NCBI GenBank assembly: GCA_963727525.1
Contig: CAVSGO010000005.1
Location: 64,001 to 128,000, forward strand
Direction of reading: 5' to 3'
Length of the DNA stretch: 64,000 nucleotides
From: an uncultured bacterium
GTDB lineage: Bacteria; Krumholzibacteriota; Krumholzibacteriia; LZORAL124-64-63
Of the stretch, positions 48,544 to 59,276 are shown one piece after another; position 1 is the first letter of the stretch, and each line of letters starts with the position of its first letter. The notes beneath the pieces are model-generated. The model saw only the letters and a list, made by a program, of their open reading frames with translations. It had not been told where the DNA came from and searched no databases. The translations under genes were made by a program, and so were the position numbers.

Positions 48544-48586
48544 TATCACGCGGGCGCGGCAAGCCGGCCCGTGCGACCGGCGACGA

Positions 48587-49540
48587 TCAGGCTGCCAGGT
48601 TCTGGAGATGGCCCTTGAGACGATCGAGGTCGGTGGTCACGAGGATGGCGCTGGATCCCTGCAGATCCCGATAGGATTCCGCGGCACGCCCCCCCGCGAA
48701 GATCGGCAAGCCGGGGCCGAGGAGCTGCCCGAGTCGAACGATCTCCTGTGCCGTCCGGGCGTCATTGGCCGGAAACACGAGCGAGATGAGCACGGCACGG
48801 GCTCGCCGTGCCAGCGTCACGGCCGCGATCTCTTCACTAGGCACGTCGGGACCGAGATAAACCACCGACCATCCCTGCTCGGCCGCCACCGCCATGGCCA
48901 GCAGCAGCCCAAGTTCGTGACGGTGCCCGCTCGGCGTCGCGGCGACCACCACCGGGGCTTCGGTGCCGCTGACCGCGCGGCGGTGCATGTCCCACAGGAA
49001 CGCGCGCAGCACCGCCGACGCGAAGTGCTCGTGGGCCACCCGCCAGGTTCCGTCCTGCCAGCGCGCCCCGATCAGGGTCAGCAGAGGCACCACGACCTCG
49101 TCGCGCACGCGCGGGGGACTCATCGCCAGCGCCGCCTGCCCCAGGCTGCCGTTGAGACCGTCCTCGTCGAGTTCCTCGATTGCCTTGGCGCAGCGCACGA
49201 GATACGAGTCGCCCTCGGTCGACAGGCCATCGCTTCGCACGGCCAGGGGGTGGCGCGCTTCGAGCTGATCCTCCTGCGCAAGCGAGGTGAGTGCGGCGAT
49301 GTCGAGATCGGCGACGTCGCTGATCCGCCGTCCGCCATCCACGAGCAGCTTGAGCAGCCGCAGCTTCTCGATGTCGCGATCGGTATAGATTCGCCGCCCC
49401 GTGGCGGTGCGCCTCGGCACCACGGCATGGTAGCGCTTCTCCCAGGCGCGCAGAAGATCCTGCGTCAACCCGGTCCGGCGCGTCACCACGCTGATGGGGT
49501 GCCCTTGGCGGGGCTGCGGCGCATCGGGCGGCTGTGCCAT
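48587..49540 (-). CDS. carH: CarH/LitR-like MerR-family cobalamin-binding photoreceptor repressor
   Basis: MerR HTH (LRAWEKRY...PRRTATGRRIY); W-x9-EH motif WQDGTWRVAHEH; B12-binding HRHELG...YLGPDVP. Confidence 0.87.
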   Translation of the reverse strand: MAQPPDAPQPRQGHPISVVTRRTGLTQDLLRAWEKRYHAVVPRRTATGRRIYTDRDIEKLRLLKLLVDGGRRISDVADLDIAALTSLAQEDQLEARHPLAVRSDGLSTEGDSYLVRCAKAIEELDEDGLNGSLGQAALAMSPPRVRDEVVVPLLTLIGARWQDGTWRVAHEHFASAVLRAFLWDMHRRAVSGTEAPVVVAATPSGHRHELGLLLAMAVAAEQGWSVVYLGPDVPSEEIAAVTLARRARAVLISLVFPANDARTAQEIVRLGQLLGPGLPIFAGGRAAESYRDLQGSSAILVTTDLDRLKGHLQNLAA

Positions 49541-49546
49541 CGCACA

Positions 49547-49578
49547 AGCATATCGTTTGTCCATCTTTTGTCAATGTT
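49547..49578 (-). promoter_or_regulatory. carH promoter/operator, probably leaderless
   Basis: Minus strand TTGACA, 16 nt, TATGCT, 6 nt, ATG. Tandem 11-mers AACATTGACAA and AAGATGGACAA. Confidence 0.72.
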
Positions 49579-49648
49579 GGAACCCGACGGGCGACCGTGG
49601 TACCTTCGCATCCGGAGCACCTGGCCACCCGAGCCGAAGGACGCAACC

Positions 49649-50308
49649 GTGCGCACCATCCTCGTCGTCGAACGCAAGCATCTCTTCCCCGGACTCAGCC
49701 CCCAGGGGTTCCTGCCGCCCGCGGTCGTGGACCTCGAGGCGATCGGCCCATACCTGTTCTTCGCCGAACGGTCGTACATGGAGCGCAACGCGCACTACAA
49801 GCAGATCATCCCGTATCTGGTCCTGACCCGGGGAGCCGCGGGCACCCGGAGGGTTCTCGCCTACCAGCGGCAGGTGAAGCACACCGAACAACGCCTCGGC
49901 GGCCTGTGGTCGGTGGGATTCGGCGGCCATATCGAACCTCTCGATCGTGGCCAGGCCACGGTCGCCACCGCCGGTCTCGTGTGCGCTGCCGCCCTGCGTG
50001 AACTTGCCGAGGAGACCGGTATCGACCGCACTCCGGACGCCATCTTGCCGCTGGGTTTCATCAACTCGGACAGTGAGGACGTCTCGAGCGTCCACTTCGG
50101 CGTCGTCTTCCAGGTTCCGCTCGACGATCTGCCGGGTGACGATGGGGATGTCATGACCCGCGTGAGCGCCCAGGCTGAACCCCACCAGGCGCGCTGGCTT
50201 CCCGGAGCGGCGTTGCCGGAATTGCTCGGTCCGGAATGCGGCCCCGACGGCGGCACGTTCGAGGACTGGTCGCGCATCGTGATCACCGGCAGCCCGCTCG
50301 GCCGCTAG
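49649..50308 (+). CDS. Predicted NUDIX-family phosphoesterase
   Basis: GTG start with GAAGGA; ERSYMERNAHYKQIIPY, SVGFGGHIEP, ALRELAEETG, SSVHFG. Confidence 0.82.
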   Translation: MRTILVVERKHLFPGLSPQGFLPPAVVDLEAIGPYLFFAERSYMERNAHYKQIIPYLVLTRGAAGTRRVLAYQRQVKHTEQRLGGLWSVGFGGHIEPLDRGQATVATAGLVCAAALRELAEETGIDRTPDAILPLGFINSDSEDVSSVHFGVVFQVPLDDLPGDDGDVMTRVSAQAEPHQARWLPGAALPELLGPECGPDGGTFEDWSRIVITGSPLGR

Positions 50309-50430
50309 GCCACCGTGCCGGCACTTGGCTAGCCGGGGGAATCATAGTAGAGTCCCCGCGTTCACGTGACACGGGCGCGGCCGATCGGGTCGCGTCCGCT
50401 GAACCGGACCCGCACCCAGGGAGGCGGCGC

Positions 50431-51390
50431 ATGATTGAGAAGATTGCAGTGATCGGTGGCGGCAACATCGGTGGCGTTCTCATCTCGGAGATCGCGTCAC
50501 GCCGCCTGGCCCGCTGCGTGGGACTCGTGGACATCAAGCCACCCGAACTGGCCAAGGGCAAGTGCCTCGACATCGCCGAGGGCACGTCCGTGATCGGCCG
50601 CGACGTGGTGCTCGAGGGGTCGAAGTCGTACGACGTCCTCACCGGCGCCCAGTTCGTGATCAACACGGCGGGCGTCCCGCGCACCGTTCGCCCCGACGGC
50701 TCCTTCCCCAGCCGCGAGGAACTGCTGACCACCAACCTCAAGATCACCGACGCGGTGGCAGCCGGCATCAAGGAGTTCTGCCCCGGCGCGACGATCATCT
50801 CCATCGCCAATCCTCTCGACGCCATCGTCTACCGCCTCCACAAGAAGCTGCAGAAGCTCGTGCCGACGACCAGGCTCATGGGCATGGCCGGCGTGCTCGA
50901 CTCGGCGCGCTACAAGTACTTCGTGGCCGAGGCGGCCGGCGTGTCGGTGGAGAACGTGGAAGCGGTGGTGCTCGGCGGCCATGGCGACACGATGGTGCCC
51001 ATCCGCAGCGCGTGCCGTATCTACGGCCTGCCGGTCGAGGAGTTCGTCTCGGCGAAGAAGCTGGAGGCGATCGAGGTGCGCACCCGCAAGGCGGGCGGCG
51101 AGATCGTCGGCCTGCTCGGCAGCGGTTCGGCCTTCGTCTCGCCGGCGTGGTCGGCCCTGGAGATGGTCGAGGCCATCGCCTTCGACAAGAAGAAGATCGT
51201 GCCCGTCTGCGCGTATCTCAACGGCGAGTACGGCGTGAAGGGACTCTTCGTGGGCGTGCCGGCGATCCTGGGCAAGAACGGCATCGAGAAGATCATCAAG
51301 ATCAAGTTGACGCCCGAGGAGAAGGCGGCCCTGAAGAACTCGGTGAATGCGGTCAAGAAGACCTGCGCCGAGGTGGACAAGATGAAGTAG
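50431..51390 (+). CDS. mdh: Malate dehydrogenase (LDH-like MDH)
   Basis: IGGGNIG, KGKCLD, TAGVPR, ANPLD, MAGVLDSARY, LGGHGDTMVP, RTRKAGGEIV, GSAFVSPA; GGGAGG RBS. Confidence 0.93.
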   Translation: MIEKIAVIGGGNIGGVLISEIASRRLARCVGLVDIKPPELAKGKCLDIAEGTSVIGRDVVLEGSKSYDVLTGAQFVINTAGVPRTVRPDGSFPSREELLTTNLKITDAVAAGIKEFCPGATIISIANPLDAIVYRLHKKLQKLVPTTRLMGMAGVLDSARYKYFVAEAAGVSVENVEAVVLGGHGDTMVPIRSACRIYGLPVEEFVSAKKLEAIEVRTRKAGGEIVGLLGSGSAFVSPAWSALEMVEAIAFDKKKIVPVCAYLNGEYGVKGLFVGVPAILGKNGIEKIIKIKLTPEEKAALKNSVNAVKKTCAEVDKMK

Positions 51391-51412
51391 GCGCCTGCTC
51401 GCGCCTGCAGAC

Positions 51413-51452
51413 CGCGTGGCCCGGTACGACAGGTGCCGGGCCGCGTTCTTTT
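51413..51452 (+). terminator. Rho-independent terminator after mdh
   Basis: CGCGTGGCCCGGTAC...GTGCCGGGCCGCG followed by TTCTTTT. Confidence 0.7.
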
Positions 51453-51591
51453 GTCACGACGGCGTGATTTTCTGCCATTTGAGCCTCACGCTGAATTCTG
51501 TTAGACTGGATGGGCGAAATCCTCGACGGCCGACCCTCCGACATGTCTCGCGCCGCCGTCGCTCCTTCTGTTCCACCCCGGAGGCCACTCC

Positions 51592-54195
51592 ATGCGCTCG
51601 AAGTTGATCCTGTTGCTCGGTCTGCTGGTCGTCGCCCTCACCGCCACGGCGGCCAGCGCGGCGTCCGACCCGTATGCGCTCGTGCGCATCTCGCTCGACA
51701 CGGCCGTGGGCCAGGCATTCCTGCAATCCCACGGTTACCTCGACATCGCCGGCGTGAAACCCGGCGTCAGTGCCGACATCGTTGCGCAGGCGCGCGACCT
51801 GGCCACCATTCGCGAGAGCGGCGTGCCCTTCGAGATCGTCCACGACGATCTGGCGACCTTCTACGCCAGCCGCATCACGACCAAGGACGCCGGAGCCTTC
51901 GGCATCTTTCACAGCTACAGCGAGAACGTGGCCTTCGTGGACAGCCTGCGCCTGCTCCATCCGGAGATCGTGAGCGAGAAATGGTCGCTGGGCCAGACCG
52001 GCCAGGGTCGCGACATCTGGTGCTTCCGCGTGTCCGACAACCCGGACGTGGACGAGAGCGAACCCGAGGTGCTCATCGACGGCATGCACCACGCGCGCGA
52101 GATCATGGCCAGCGAGTTCCCCATCATGTTCGCCGACTACCTCTGCCAGAACTACGGCACCGATCCCGTGATCACCTGGCTGGTGAACAACCGCGAGCTG
52201 TACATCGTGCCCATCATGAACCCCGACGGCGTGGTCTACAACGAGCAGACCGACCCCAACGGCGGCGGCATGTGGCGCAAGAATCGCCGCAACAACAACG
52301 ACGGCAACTACGGCGTCGACCTCAATCGCAACTACCCCTATCGGTGGGCCTACGACGACAATGGCAGCAGCCCCTACACATGGGACGAGACATACCGCGG
52401 TCCTTCCGCCGCCAGCGAACCCGAGGTCCAGGCGCTCATGGGCCTGATCAATGCCCATCAGTTCGTCACCCACAACTCGTTCCACTCGTACTCCGGCCAG
52501 ACGCTGTTCCCCTGGGGCTACACGTCGACACCGTCTGCCGACGACGCAATCTTCCAGCACATGGGCCAGATCATGACCCAGTTCAACGGCTACGAGTATG
52601 GCGCGCCGCCGGTCATCCTCTACTCGACCAACGGCTCCACGACCGACTGGGCCTACGGCGCCACCACGCATCCCAAGATCTACACGTTCAGCAACGAGAT
52701 CGGACGCACGGGCTTCTGGCCGGCCGAGAGCGAGCGCGGCTCGTTGTTCCAGGAGAACATCTGGCCGACGATCTACCTGATGATGGCCGCGGGGCCGTTC
52801 GTCCAGGTGTCCGACGCGGTGGCCACCGACACCGGGGGCGGAACGCTCGACCCCGGCGAGGCCGGTGCGCTCGATCTGAGTGTCACCAACCAGAGCGTGG
52901 CGGCCGATCTGAACGACCTGCTCCTCACCTTCGCCTGCGACGATCCCTACGTGCAGCTCGGCGCGGCCACGCGCACCATCGCATCGCTGCCGGCCATGGG
53001 TACCGTCGGCCTCGGCGCTGATCCGGTGCCCTTCACGGTGAGCGCGAACTGCCCCAGCGGCCATCTCGTGCAGCTCACCGTCACGGCGAGCTGGACGGGC
53101 GGCAGCATCGACTACCCCATCGGCTTCCTGGTAGGCAGCCCCAGCGTCATCTTCTCGGACGACTTCTCAGGCGACACCGGCAACTGGACACTCGCCGGCG
53201 GCCCATGGGGGCTCACATCGACGGCGCACTCCGCCCCGTCGGCCCTCACCGACTCGCCGAGCGGCAACTACGCCGACCAGATCAGCGCCACGGCCACGCT
53301 CAATGGTACGTTCTACGCGTCGACGCTCACGTTCTGGCAGCGCTACTACGTCGAGTCCGGCTACGACTACTGCCGCGTGCAGGTCTCGGCCAATGGCGGA
53401 GCCTGGAACACGCTGGCCAATTACACCGGCAGCAACACGTCGTGGCACCAGGTCTCGTTCGATCTCAGCGCCTTTGCCGGACAGCCGCTACGGTTCCGAT
53501 TCCTGCTGGAATCCGACTACTCGCTCCACTACGACGGCTGGTACATCGATGACGTGGAGCTTCTCGGCGCCGGCGGCAACAACGTGACTCCCGCGCCACC
53601 GGCTCTGCTCGCACCTGCCGACGGCGCATCCGTGAGCGGCCCCGTGACACTGACGGTTGCCAACAGCATCGATCCAGACGGTAGCGACGCACTGACCTAC
53701 GGCTTCCGCGTCTACAGCGACGCCGACCTCACCCAGGTCGCCGCCACGACCGACGGTGTGACCGAAGGCGACGGCGGCCAGACGAGCTGGGACGCCGGCA
53801 ACCTCGGCACCGGCACCTACTGGTGGCGGGCCTACGCGGCTGACGCCAGCGAGTGGGGCCTGCTCGGCGATGTCCGCAGCTTCAGCATCTCCACCTCCAC
53901 GGGCGTGGACGGCGTGGTCATCGGTGGCCCGCGCCTGTCCGTGCTGGGCAACGGCGAGGGATCCGCGCGCCTGCAGCTCTCCCTCACCCAGGCCGGCGCG
54001 GCGCAGGTGAAGATCTACAATGCGCGCGGCATGCTCGTGCGCGACCTGTTCAGCGGCGACCTCGGCGCCGGCGCCCACATTCTGGTGTGGGACGGCCGCG
54101 ATCGGCAGGGCGGCGCAGCCGCCTCGGGCGTGTATTTCGTACGCGCGACGGCGAGCGAACGGACACTCGTGAATCGCGTCGTGATCGTGCGTTAG
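51592..54195 (+). CDS. Secreted M14 zinc carboxypeptidase (carboxypeptidase T-like) with accessory beta domains and FlgD-Ig CTD
   Basis: Signal peptide; [33 protein letters not shown]-terminal [12 protein letters not shown]...WDGRD...ASGVYF. Confidence 0.92.
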   Translation: MRSKLILLLGLLVVALTATAASAASDPYALVRISLDTAVGQAFLQSHGYLDIAGVKPGVSADIVAQARDLATIRESGVPFEIVHDDLATFYASRITTKDAGAFGIFHSYSENVAFVDSLRLLHPEIVSEKWSLGQTGQGRDIWCFRVSDNPDVDESEPEVLIDGMHHAREIMASEFPIMFADYLCQNYGTDPVITWLVNNRELYIVPIMNPDGVVYNEQTDPNGGGMWRKNRRNNNDGNYGVDLNRNYPYRWAYDDNGSSPYTWDETYRGPSAASEPEVQALMGLINAHQFVTHNSFHSYSGQTLFPWGYTSTPSADDAIFQHMGQIMTQFNGYEYGAPPVILYSTNGSTTDWAYGATTHPKIYTFSNEIGRTGFWPAESERGSLFQENIWPTIYLMMAAGPFVQVSDAVATDTGGGTLDPGEAGALDLSVTNQSVAADLNDLLLTFACDDPYVQLGAATRTIASLPAMGTVGLGADPVPFTVSANCPSGHLVQLTVTASWTGGSIDYPIGFLVGSPSVIFSDDFSGDTGNWTLAGGPWGLTSTAHSAPSALTDSPSGNYADQISATATLNGTFYASTLTFWQRYYVESGYDYCRVQVSANGGAWNTLANYTGSNTSWHQVSFDLSAFAGQPLRFRFLLESDYSLHYDGWYIDDVELLGAGGNNVTPAPPALLAPADGASVSGPVTLTVANSIDPDGSDALTYGFRVYSDADLTQVAATTDGVTEGDGGQTSWDAGNLGTGTYWWRAYAADASEWGLLGDVRSFSISTSTGVDGVVIGGPRLSVLGNGEGSARLQLSLTQAGAAQVKIYNARGMLVRDLFSGDLGAGAHILVWDGRDRQGGAAASGVYFVRATASERTLVNRVVIVR

Positions 54196-54207
54196 TCCAG
54201 GCAGAGC

Positions 54208-54244
54208 AAGGCGCCCCGCTGCCTGCGCAGCGGGGCGCCTTTTT
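54208..54244 (+). terminator. Rho-independent terminator between convergent genes
   Basis: AAGGCGCCCCGCTGC...GCAGCGGGGCGCCTT followed by T-run. Confidence 0.85.
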
Positions 54245-54261
54245 CTCGCCGGCGACGCGAC

Positions 54262-55266
54262 CTACATGCCCCGCCAGTCGGCCGGGGGAGCCGGGCGATT
54301 GCCGGCGATCGTCTCGATCCTCTCCATCACGTCGTCCGTGAGCTGCGGGACCACCGCCAGCGCCGCCATGTTCTCCACCACCTGCTCCGGCCGCGAGGCG
54401 CCCGTGATCACGGTGGACACGTGCGGGTTCTTCAGGCACCACGCCAGAGCGAGCTGCGCGCGCGTGCAGCCCAGGTCCCTGGCCACCGCGCCCAGCGCAC
54501 GCGAGACATCGAGCTTCCGGGCTCCTTGCTCGCCCTCGATGGTGCGGCGCAGCCACGCGTAACGTTCGTGACCGAAGCGGCTGTCGTCGGGCACGCCGTC
54601 GTCGTACTTGCCGGTGAGGATGCCGCTGGCCAGGGGCGACCAGATGGTGGTGCCCAGGCCGTAGTCGCGGAAGAGATCGCGATACTCGCCATCCACCTTC
54701 TCGCGCTGCAGCAAGTTGTACTGGGGTTGCTCCATCGTCGGCGGCACGAGGTGCTCGCGCTCGGCGATGAGGTAGGCGGCGCGGATGGACTCGGCCGACC
54801 ATTCGCTGGTGCCCCAGTAGAAGGCCATGCCGCTGGTGACGACGTCGCTCATCGCCCGCACCGTCTCTTCCAGCGGCGTGTGCAGATCGGGACGGTGGCA
54901 GAAGACGAGGTCGACATAATCGACGTCGAGGCGATCGAGCGCGCCGTACATGCCCTCCATGATGTGCTTGCGCGAGAGTCCCCGATCGTTGGGACCGCTG
55001 CCGCCCCAGAAGATCTTCGTGGAGATCACCAGGTCGCTGCGGGTCCACGCAGCCCGCTTGATGACCTTGCCCATGATGCGTTCCGCCTCGCCCTGCGCGT
55101 AGGCCTCGGCATTGTCGAAGAAGTTCACGCCCGCATCATAAGCGGCCTTCATGCAGGCATAGGCCTCTTCTTCGCCGTACTGGTCGCCGAAGGTGACCCA
55201 CGCGCCGAAGCTCAGCGCCGACACCCGCAATCCACTGCGTCCAAGACGCCGGTACTCCATGTCCAT
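54262..55266 (-). CDS. Aldo/keto reductase (Kv-beta-like family)
   Basis: [61 protein letters not shown]. Confidence 0.93.
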   Translation of the reverse strand: MDMEYRRLGRSGLRVSALSFGAWVTFGDQYGEEEAYACMKAAYDAGVNFFDNAEAYAQGEAERIMGKVIKRAAWTRSDLVISTKIFWGGSGPNDRGLSRKHIMEGMYGALDRLDVDYVDLVFCHRPDLHTPLEETVRAMSDVVTSGMAFYWGTSEWSAESIRAAYLIAEREHLVPPTMEQPQYNLLQREKVDGEYRDLFRDYGLGTTIWSPLASGILTGKYDDGVPDDSRFGHERYAWLRRTIEGEQGARKLDVSRALGAVARDLGCTRAQLALAWCLKNPHVSTVITGASRPEQVVENMAALAVVPQLTDDVMERIETIAGNRPAPPADWRGM

Positions 55267-55296
55267 GTCTTGTCCTTTCGCTCGTCATCGCCGTCG

Positions 55297-56136
55297 TCAA
55301 TGCGTCAAGACTCCCTGGCGCGCCGTCACCCCGATGACATTGGGTACGGGCGGACTTTCGATGCCGGTGGGGAACCGGGTCCGGTAACCCGGCGCCGCCA
55401 CCTGCAACTGTGCGGGGAGATTGCCATCCAGGTGCTGCGCACACACCACCCCCACGGGCAGGGCCAGCAACACGGTGTTGAAATCATGCATCGATAGCGG
55501 CGTGGCGCAGAGGATGAGCAACGCGTTGCCCTGCGTGTCCTCGCCGAGCGCCGCTTCCATCCAGCGTCGATCCTGCGGTTGCCAGCGATTGAGGCGCGAC
55601 CGCTTGATGAGGCGAAGATTCTGCACGACGCAGTCGTAGCGCGCGCGGATCTCGTCCAGAGGCGTCTCGTCGAGATCGAAGAGACGGAACGGGGGATCGC
55701 CGTCATCGTACGGCGAGAAAGCCGCGGCCGAGAGGTAGCCGTTTGGCGTCGCCTGCCGCACCTCGCCGCCGAGCTTCAGGAACCCCACGTGGGTGGAACC
55801 GTCGGCCTGGTACATGCCGGCATTGATCGCCGCCACCAGATCGAGATCCTCGCACCACTGCGACACCGACCGCGGCTTGCCGCCGTGATCGCGCGCCGCG
55901 AGATAGCGCAGCTCGTAGCGCCGCGGATCCACGCGCAGCACGACGAGATCGCCGCCGGCGTCGGCACGCCGTGTGGCGACGGCGAAACGGCCGAGATCGA
56001 GTCCCGGCGCCAGCTCCCGCCAGGTGTCGCCCCGGGCCGCGAACGCTGCCGCCATGGCGACAACAGCCGCCACCAGCGCTCGTAACCGACGCGCGGCGAG
56101 ACGACGACGGGGATCAAAGGCCGCGGTGCGTGCCAT
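55297..56136 (-). CDS. Phosphodiester glycosidase (NAGPA-like) family exported protein
   Basis: WRELAPGL, VLRVDP, AAINAGMY, AALGED, AQHLDG; signal-like N-terminus. Confidence 0.7.
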   Translation of the reverse strand: MARTAAFDPRRRLAARRLRALVAAVVAMAAAFAARGDTWRELAPGLDLGRFAVATRRADAGGDLVVLRVDPRRYELRYLAARDHGGKPRSVSQWCEDLDLVAAINAGMYQADGSTHVGFLKLGGEVRQATPNGYLSAAAFSPYDDGDPPFRLFDLDETPLDEIRARYDCVVQNLRLIKRSRLNRWQPQDRRWMEAALGEDTQGNALLILCATPLSMHDFNTVLLALPVGVVCAQHLDGNLPAQLQVAAPGYRTRFPTGIESPPVPNVIGVTARQGVLTH

Positions 56137-56323
56137 CGCAATACGGCGGCGTGCTCGTACGCTTGCACTGGCAGAGCGATGCACGCGAGGGCTCGATCAC
56201 CTCGAGGTCGACCACGGCGGGTTTCTTGTCGGCTAGTCGCGGTTCGCTCACGTGTTCCTCGCTTCATGGGACGGGTTCGAGTTGATGATACCCGATTTCT
56301 GGTCGTCCGCACCTCCAACCCCA

Positions 56324-57223
56324 CTACGCCGGGTGCCAGCCCCAGCCTGGATACCAGCGATTGGCGATCATGAAGAACAGGATCGAATCGAACATCAGAT
56401 GCAGCACCAGGATGTAGAGCAGGCTATGTGTGCGCTTGTAGGTGAAGCCCTGGATGAGGGCGAAAACGCCAATGATCACGGGACCCCAGCCGACGAATGC
56501 CATCTCGTGCAGGAAGCTGGTGAAGAACACCGCCTGCGCCGCGTTGGCCTCGCGGAAACCGATCCGCCGATGCAGCAGGACGAAGACCACGTTGATGAAA
56601 CACAGCTCGTCCCAGGCGCCGACGAGGTTGCATCCCCAGAACAGGCGTCCCATCTCCTCGGTGCGCGAAGGATCGCCGATCGGCGGCAACGGCCAGCTTC
56701 GGTGCAGGGTGGGAGTGAGCACGTGGAAATACAGCCAGAGCCCGCCGAAGGCCATACCGACGGCCGCGACCAGCCACATGACCATGCGCGGCGTCCAGCG
56801 TCCGTTCGACCAGCGGTAGGGCAACGGTTCGCGCAGCCACCAGCGGGCGAGCACCGTGGGCACGAGCAGCAGGCCGAGCCCCAGCTTCGCCGCGAGCTCG
56901 AGGACGTGCGCGTTCGAGGTGTCGCCGTCGATCCGCGTGGCGAAGAGCGTGACGACGACGTATGCCAGGATGACCGCCGTGCGCCACCAGTTGCGATCGG
57001 CATCGCGGTGCGCGAGGACCAGCCCGGCCACGAGAGCGAGCGCCGCCGGCAGCGCCCACGGCACGCCCGGCGCCGGCACCGACTTCAGACCGATGGCCAG
57101 GAGCATGGCCGCAGCAAGCAGCCAGAGCGAGATATGACGCAGAGGCGGCACCGATCCGTGGTGCTCGTCCGCCGGGTCTTGACCGCGCGGAGCCCCGGCG
57201 AACGCAGCGGCCAGCCTACTCAT
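56324..57223 (-). CDS. CPBP (Abi/CAAX) intramembrane glutamic protease
   Basis: Multi-TM; VGAWDELCF, FTSFLHE, LHLMFD. Confidence 0.75.
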   Translation of the reverse strand: MSRLAAAFAGAPRGQDPADEHHGSVPPLRHISLWLLAAAMLLAIGLKSVPAPGVPWALPAALALVAGLVLAHRDADRNWWRTAVILAYVVVTLFATRIDGDTSNAHVLELAAKLGLGLLLVPTVLARWWLREPLPYRWSNGRWTPRMVMWLVAAVGMAFGGLWLYFHVLTPTLHRSWPLPPIGDPSRTEEMGRLFWGCNLVGAWDELCFINVVFVLLHRRIGFREANAAQAVFFTSFLHEMAFVGWGPVIIGVFALIQGFTYKRTHSLLYILVLHLMFDSILFFMIANRWYPGWGWHPA

Positions 57224-59180
57224 CCGCCCCTTCTCCCAGGACGAACTCGTTGAACCAACCCAGCACCTGCTCGAGGTAGAAAACCTGATTCGTTCGAACG
57301 CGCAGACCGTGTCCCTCACCCGTGAAACGCAGCAGGCGCGACGGGACGCCGAGAGACTGCAGGGCGCTGAACCAGGTCTCACTGCCGCTCAACGGGCAAC
57401 GATAGTCGTCCGCGCCGCCGGAGATGAGCGTCGGCGTCGTCACCCGCTCCACGTTCGCAAACGGCGAGTTGGCGTGATACGCGACGCGGGCCTGCGGATC
57501 GAATGGTCGCCCCCCGAATTCCCACTCCGGAAACCACTTCTCGTCGGTCGTGCCCCAGAAGCCTGTCAGCTCCGGATACATGCGGTCGCAGGCCGCCGCC
57601 TTGAAGCGGTCGGTCATGGTGGTGAGCACCGCAGCGAGATAGCCGCCATAGCTGCCACCCATCACGGCGAGCGCCTGCGGGTCGGCCCAACCCTGCGCCA
57701 CCGCCCAGTCGACACAGGCGAGCAGCTCGTGCGCCGGCCGACCATTCCAGTCGCCGCGCACGCCGTCCTGGAACACGCGGCCGTAGCCCGTGCTGCCGGT
57801 GGGGTTGGCCGCGATCACGGCGTAGCCGAAGGTCGCCAGCACCTGGAATTCGGGGAGGAAATAGCCTCCGTACATCCACTCCGGTCCGCCATGGATACTC
57901 AGCACCGTGGGAACGCGCGTGCCGGGCGCGCGATCGGGCGGCAGAAAGACCCAGCCGTGGATCTCACGATCGTCCACGGTGATGACGAAATCCCGCGGTT
58001 CCACGAGGCCGGCACGCTCCGCCCAGCGCGCGTTGGGATCGATCAGGGTCTTCAAATCGCCGGAGTCGAGGTCGAGGACCTGGAGTGCTCCGGGCTGCAT
58101 CATCGTTCCGCCCCGCAGAACGGCGCGCCGGCCTCCGTAGCAAACGTCCCAGAAGTCGTAGCCGCCGTGCGTGAGCGCCTCGCCGCCGGTGGCAGTGGCA
58201 CGGAAGATGTCGATGCACCCCCGACGAAAGCCACGGTAGTAGAAGGCTCCATCGTGGTAGGTGAACCCCCACATCACGTCCGCGTTGTCGCGGACGAGGC
58301 GGGCGACCTCGGCCCCGCTGTCAGGGTCGAGGACCACGATGTGCCCCGGCTCGCTCTCGTGCAGGGGATCGGCGTGGCTCTGACAGGCGATCCGTCCGTC
58401 CGCAATCCACGCCGGATGCTCATCAGGGCCGGGATTCGTGGTGAGCGCGCGCGGCGCACCCCCGGCGCTGTCGACCACGAAGAGGTCGGTGTTGAGATCG
58501 CGTCCGAGATCCTCGCGACGCTTGGCGCTGAACACGAGCCGAGACGCGTCTGGCGACCAGGCCACCTCACGCACATCCAGAGCGGTCGTGGGAATGGTCG
58601 TGTCCTCGCCCGTGGCCACGTCGATCACGTGCAGTTGTTTCAGCGTTCCCTCGCGATAGCCGACGTCGAGGTGGCGATAGCCCAGATCATCTGCCACGAT
58701 GATCGCATCGGGCACGCCGGCGTAGCGTCCCACCGTGTTCGGGACCACATGCGCGAGCGCGTGACCATCGGGAGCCCAGACGAACGGGCCGTATTGCCCG
58801 GCCGGCGCGAGCAGCCGTCGCTCGCCGCCGGCGGCGTCCATCAGCCAGACCTCGCGTGTGGCCCCCGCCGCCGGTCGCGTGTAGACAACCACGTTCCCAT
58901 CCGGACTCCAGACGAATCCGGTCGCGGCGTCGTCGGGCGTGAAGAGAACGGTGTCCTTGCCCGTATCGAGGTCGCGCAAGATCACGGTGGTGTTCGCCCG
59001 GTCGCTCACCTGATCGAAGCTGCTCCGGGTGTAGATGAGCCGACGACCGTCGGGAGACAGCGCGCCGATCCCCACCTTCTGCAAGTTGTAGAGGTCCCGC
59101 GGCTGCAGGGCCCGAGCGGGTCCTGCCCAGATGACCGCTGCGGCAACGACCAAACCCGCGTTCAACAAGAAACGGCGCAT
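57216..59180 (-). CDS. S9 family peptidase (dipeptidyl/acylaminoacyl peptidase) with PD40 propeller
   Basis: Signal peptide; repeated WSPDG; IHGGP, NPTGSTGYG, MGGSYGG, DYRC, GEGHG. Confidence 0.92.
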   Translation of the reverse strand: MRRFLLNAGLVVAAAVIWAGPARALQPRDLYNLQKVGIGALSPDGRRLIYTRSSFDQVSDRANTTVILRDLDTGKDTVLFTPDDAATGFVWSPDGNVVVYTRPAAGATREVWLMDAAGGERRLLAPAGQYGPFVWAPDGHALAHVVPNTVGRYAGVPDAIIVADDLGYRHLDVGYREGTLKQLHVIDVATGEDTTIPTTALDVREVAWSPDASRLVFSAKRREDLGRDLNTDLFVVDSAGGAPRALTTNPGPDEHPAWIADGRIACQSHADPLHESEPGHIVVLDPDSGAEVARLVRDNADVMWGFTYHDGAFYYRGFRRGCIDIFRATATGGEALTHGGYDFWDVCYGGRRAVLRGGTMMQPGALQVLDLDSGDLKTLIDPNARWAERAGLVEPRDFVITVDDREIHGWVFLPPDRAPGTRVPTVLSIHGGPEWMYGGYFLPEFQVLATFGYAVIAANPTGSTGYGRVFQDGVRGDWNGRPAHELLACVDWAVAQGWADPQALAVMGGSYGGYLAAVLTTMTDRFKAAACDRMYPELTGFWGTTDEKWFPEWEFGGRPFDPQARVAYHANSPFANVERVTTPTLISGGADDYRCPLSGSETWFSALQSLGVPSRLLRFTGEGHGLRVRTNQVFYLEQVLGWFNEFVLGEGADE

Positions 59181-59276
59181 GGGACGACAGCTCCTTCGCA
59201 AACGCATTGCATCCATGGTACGCGCGCATCGCCGTCCGGGGCAAGGCCGGGCCCGCGGCGATCGGCGCAAACGTTG

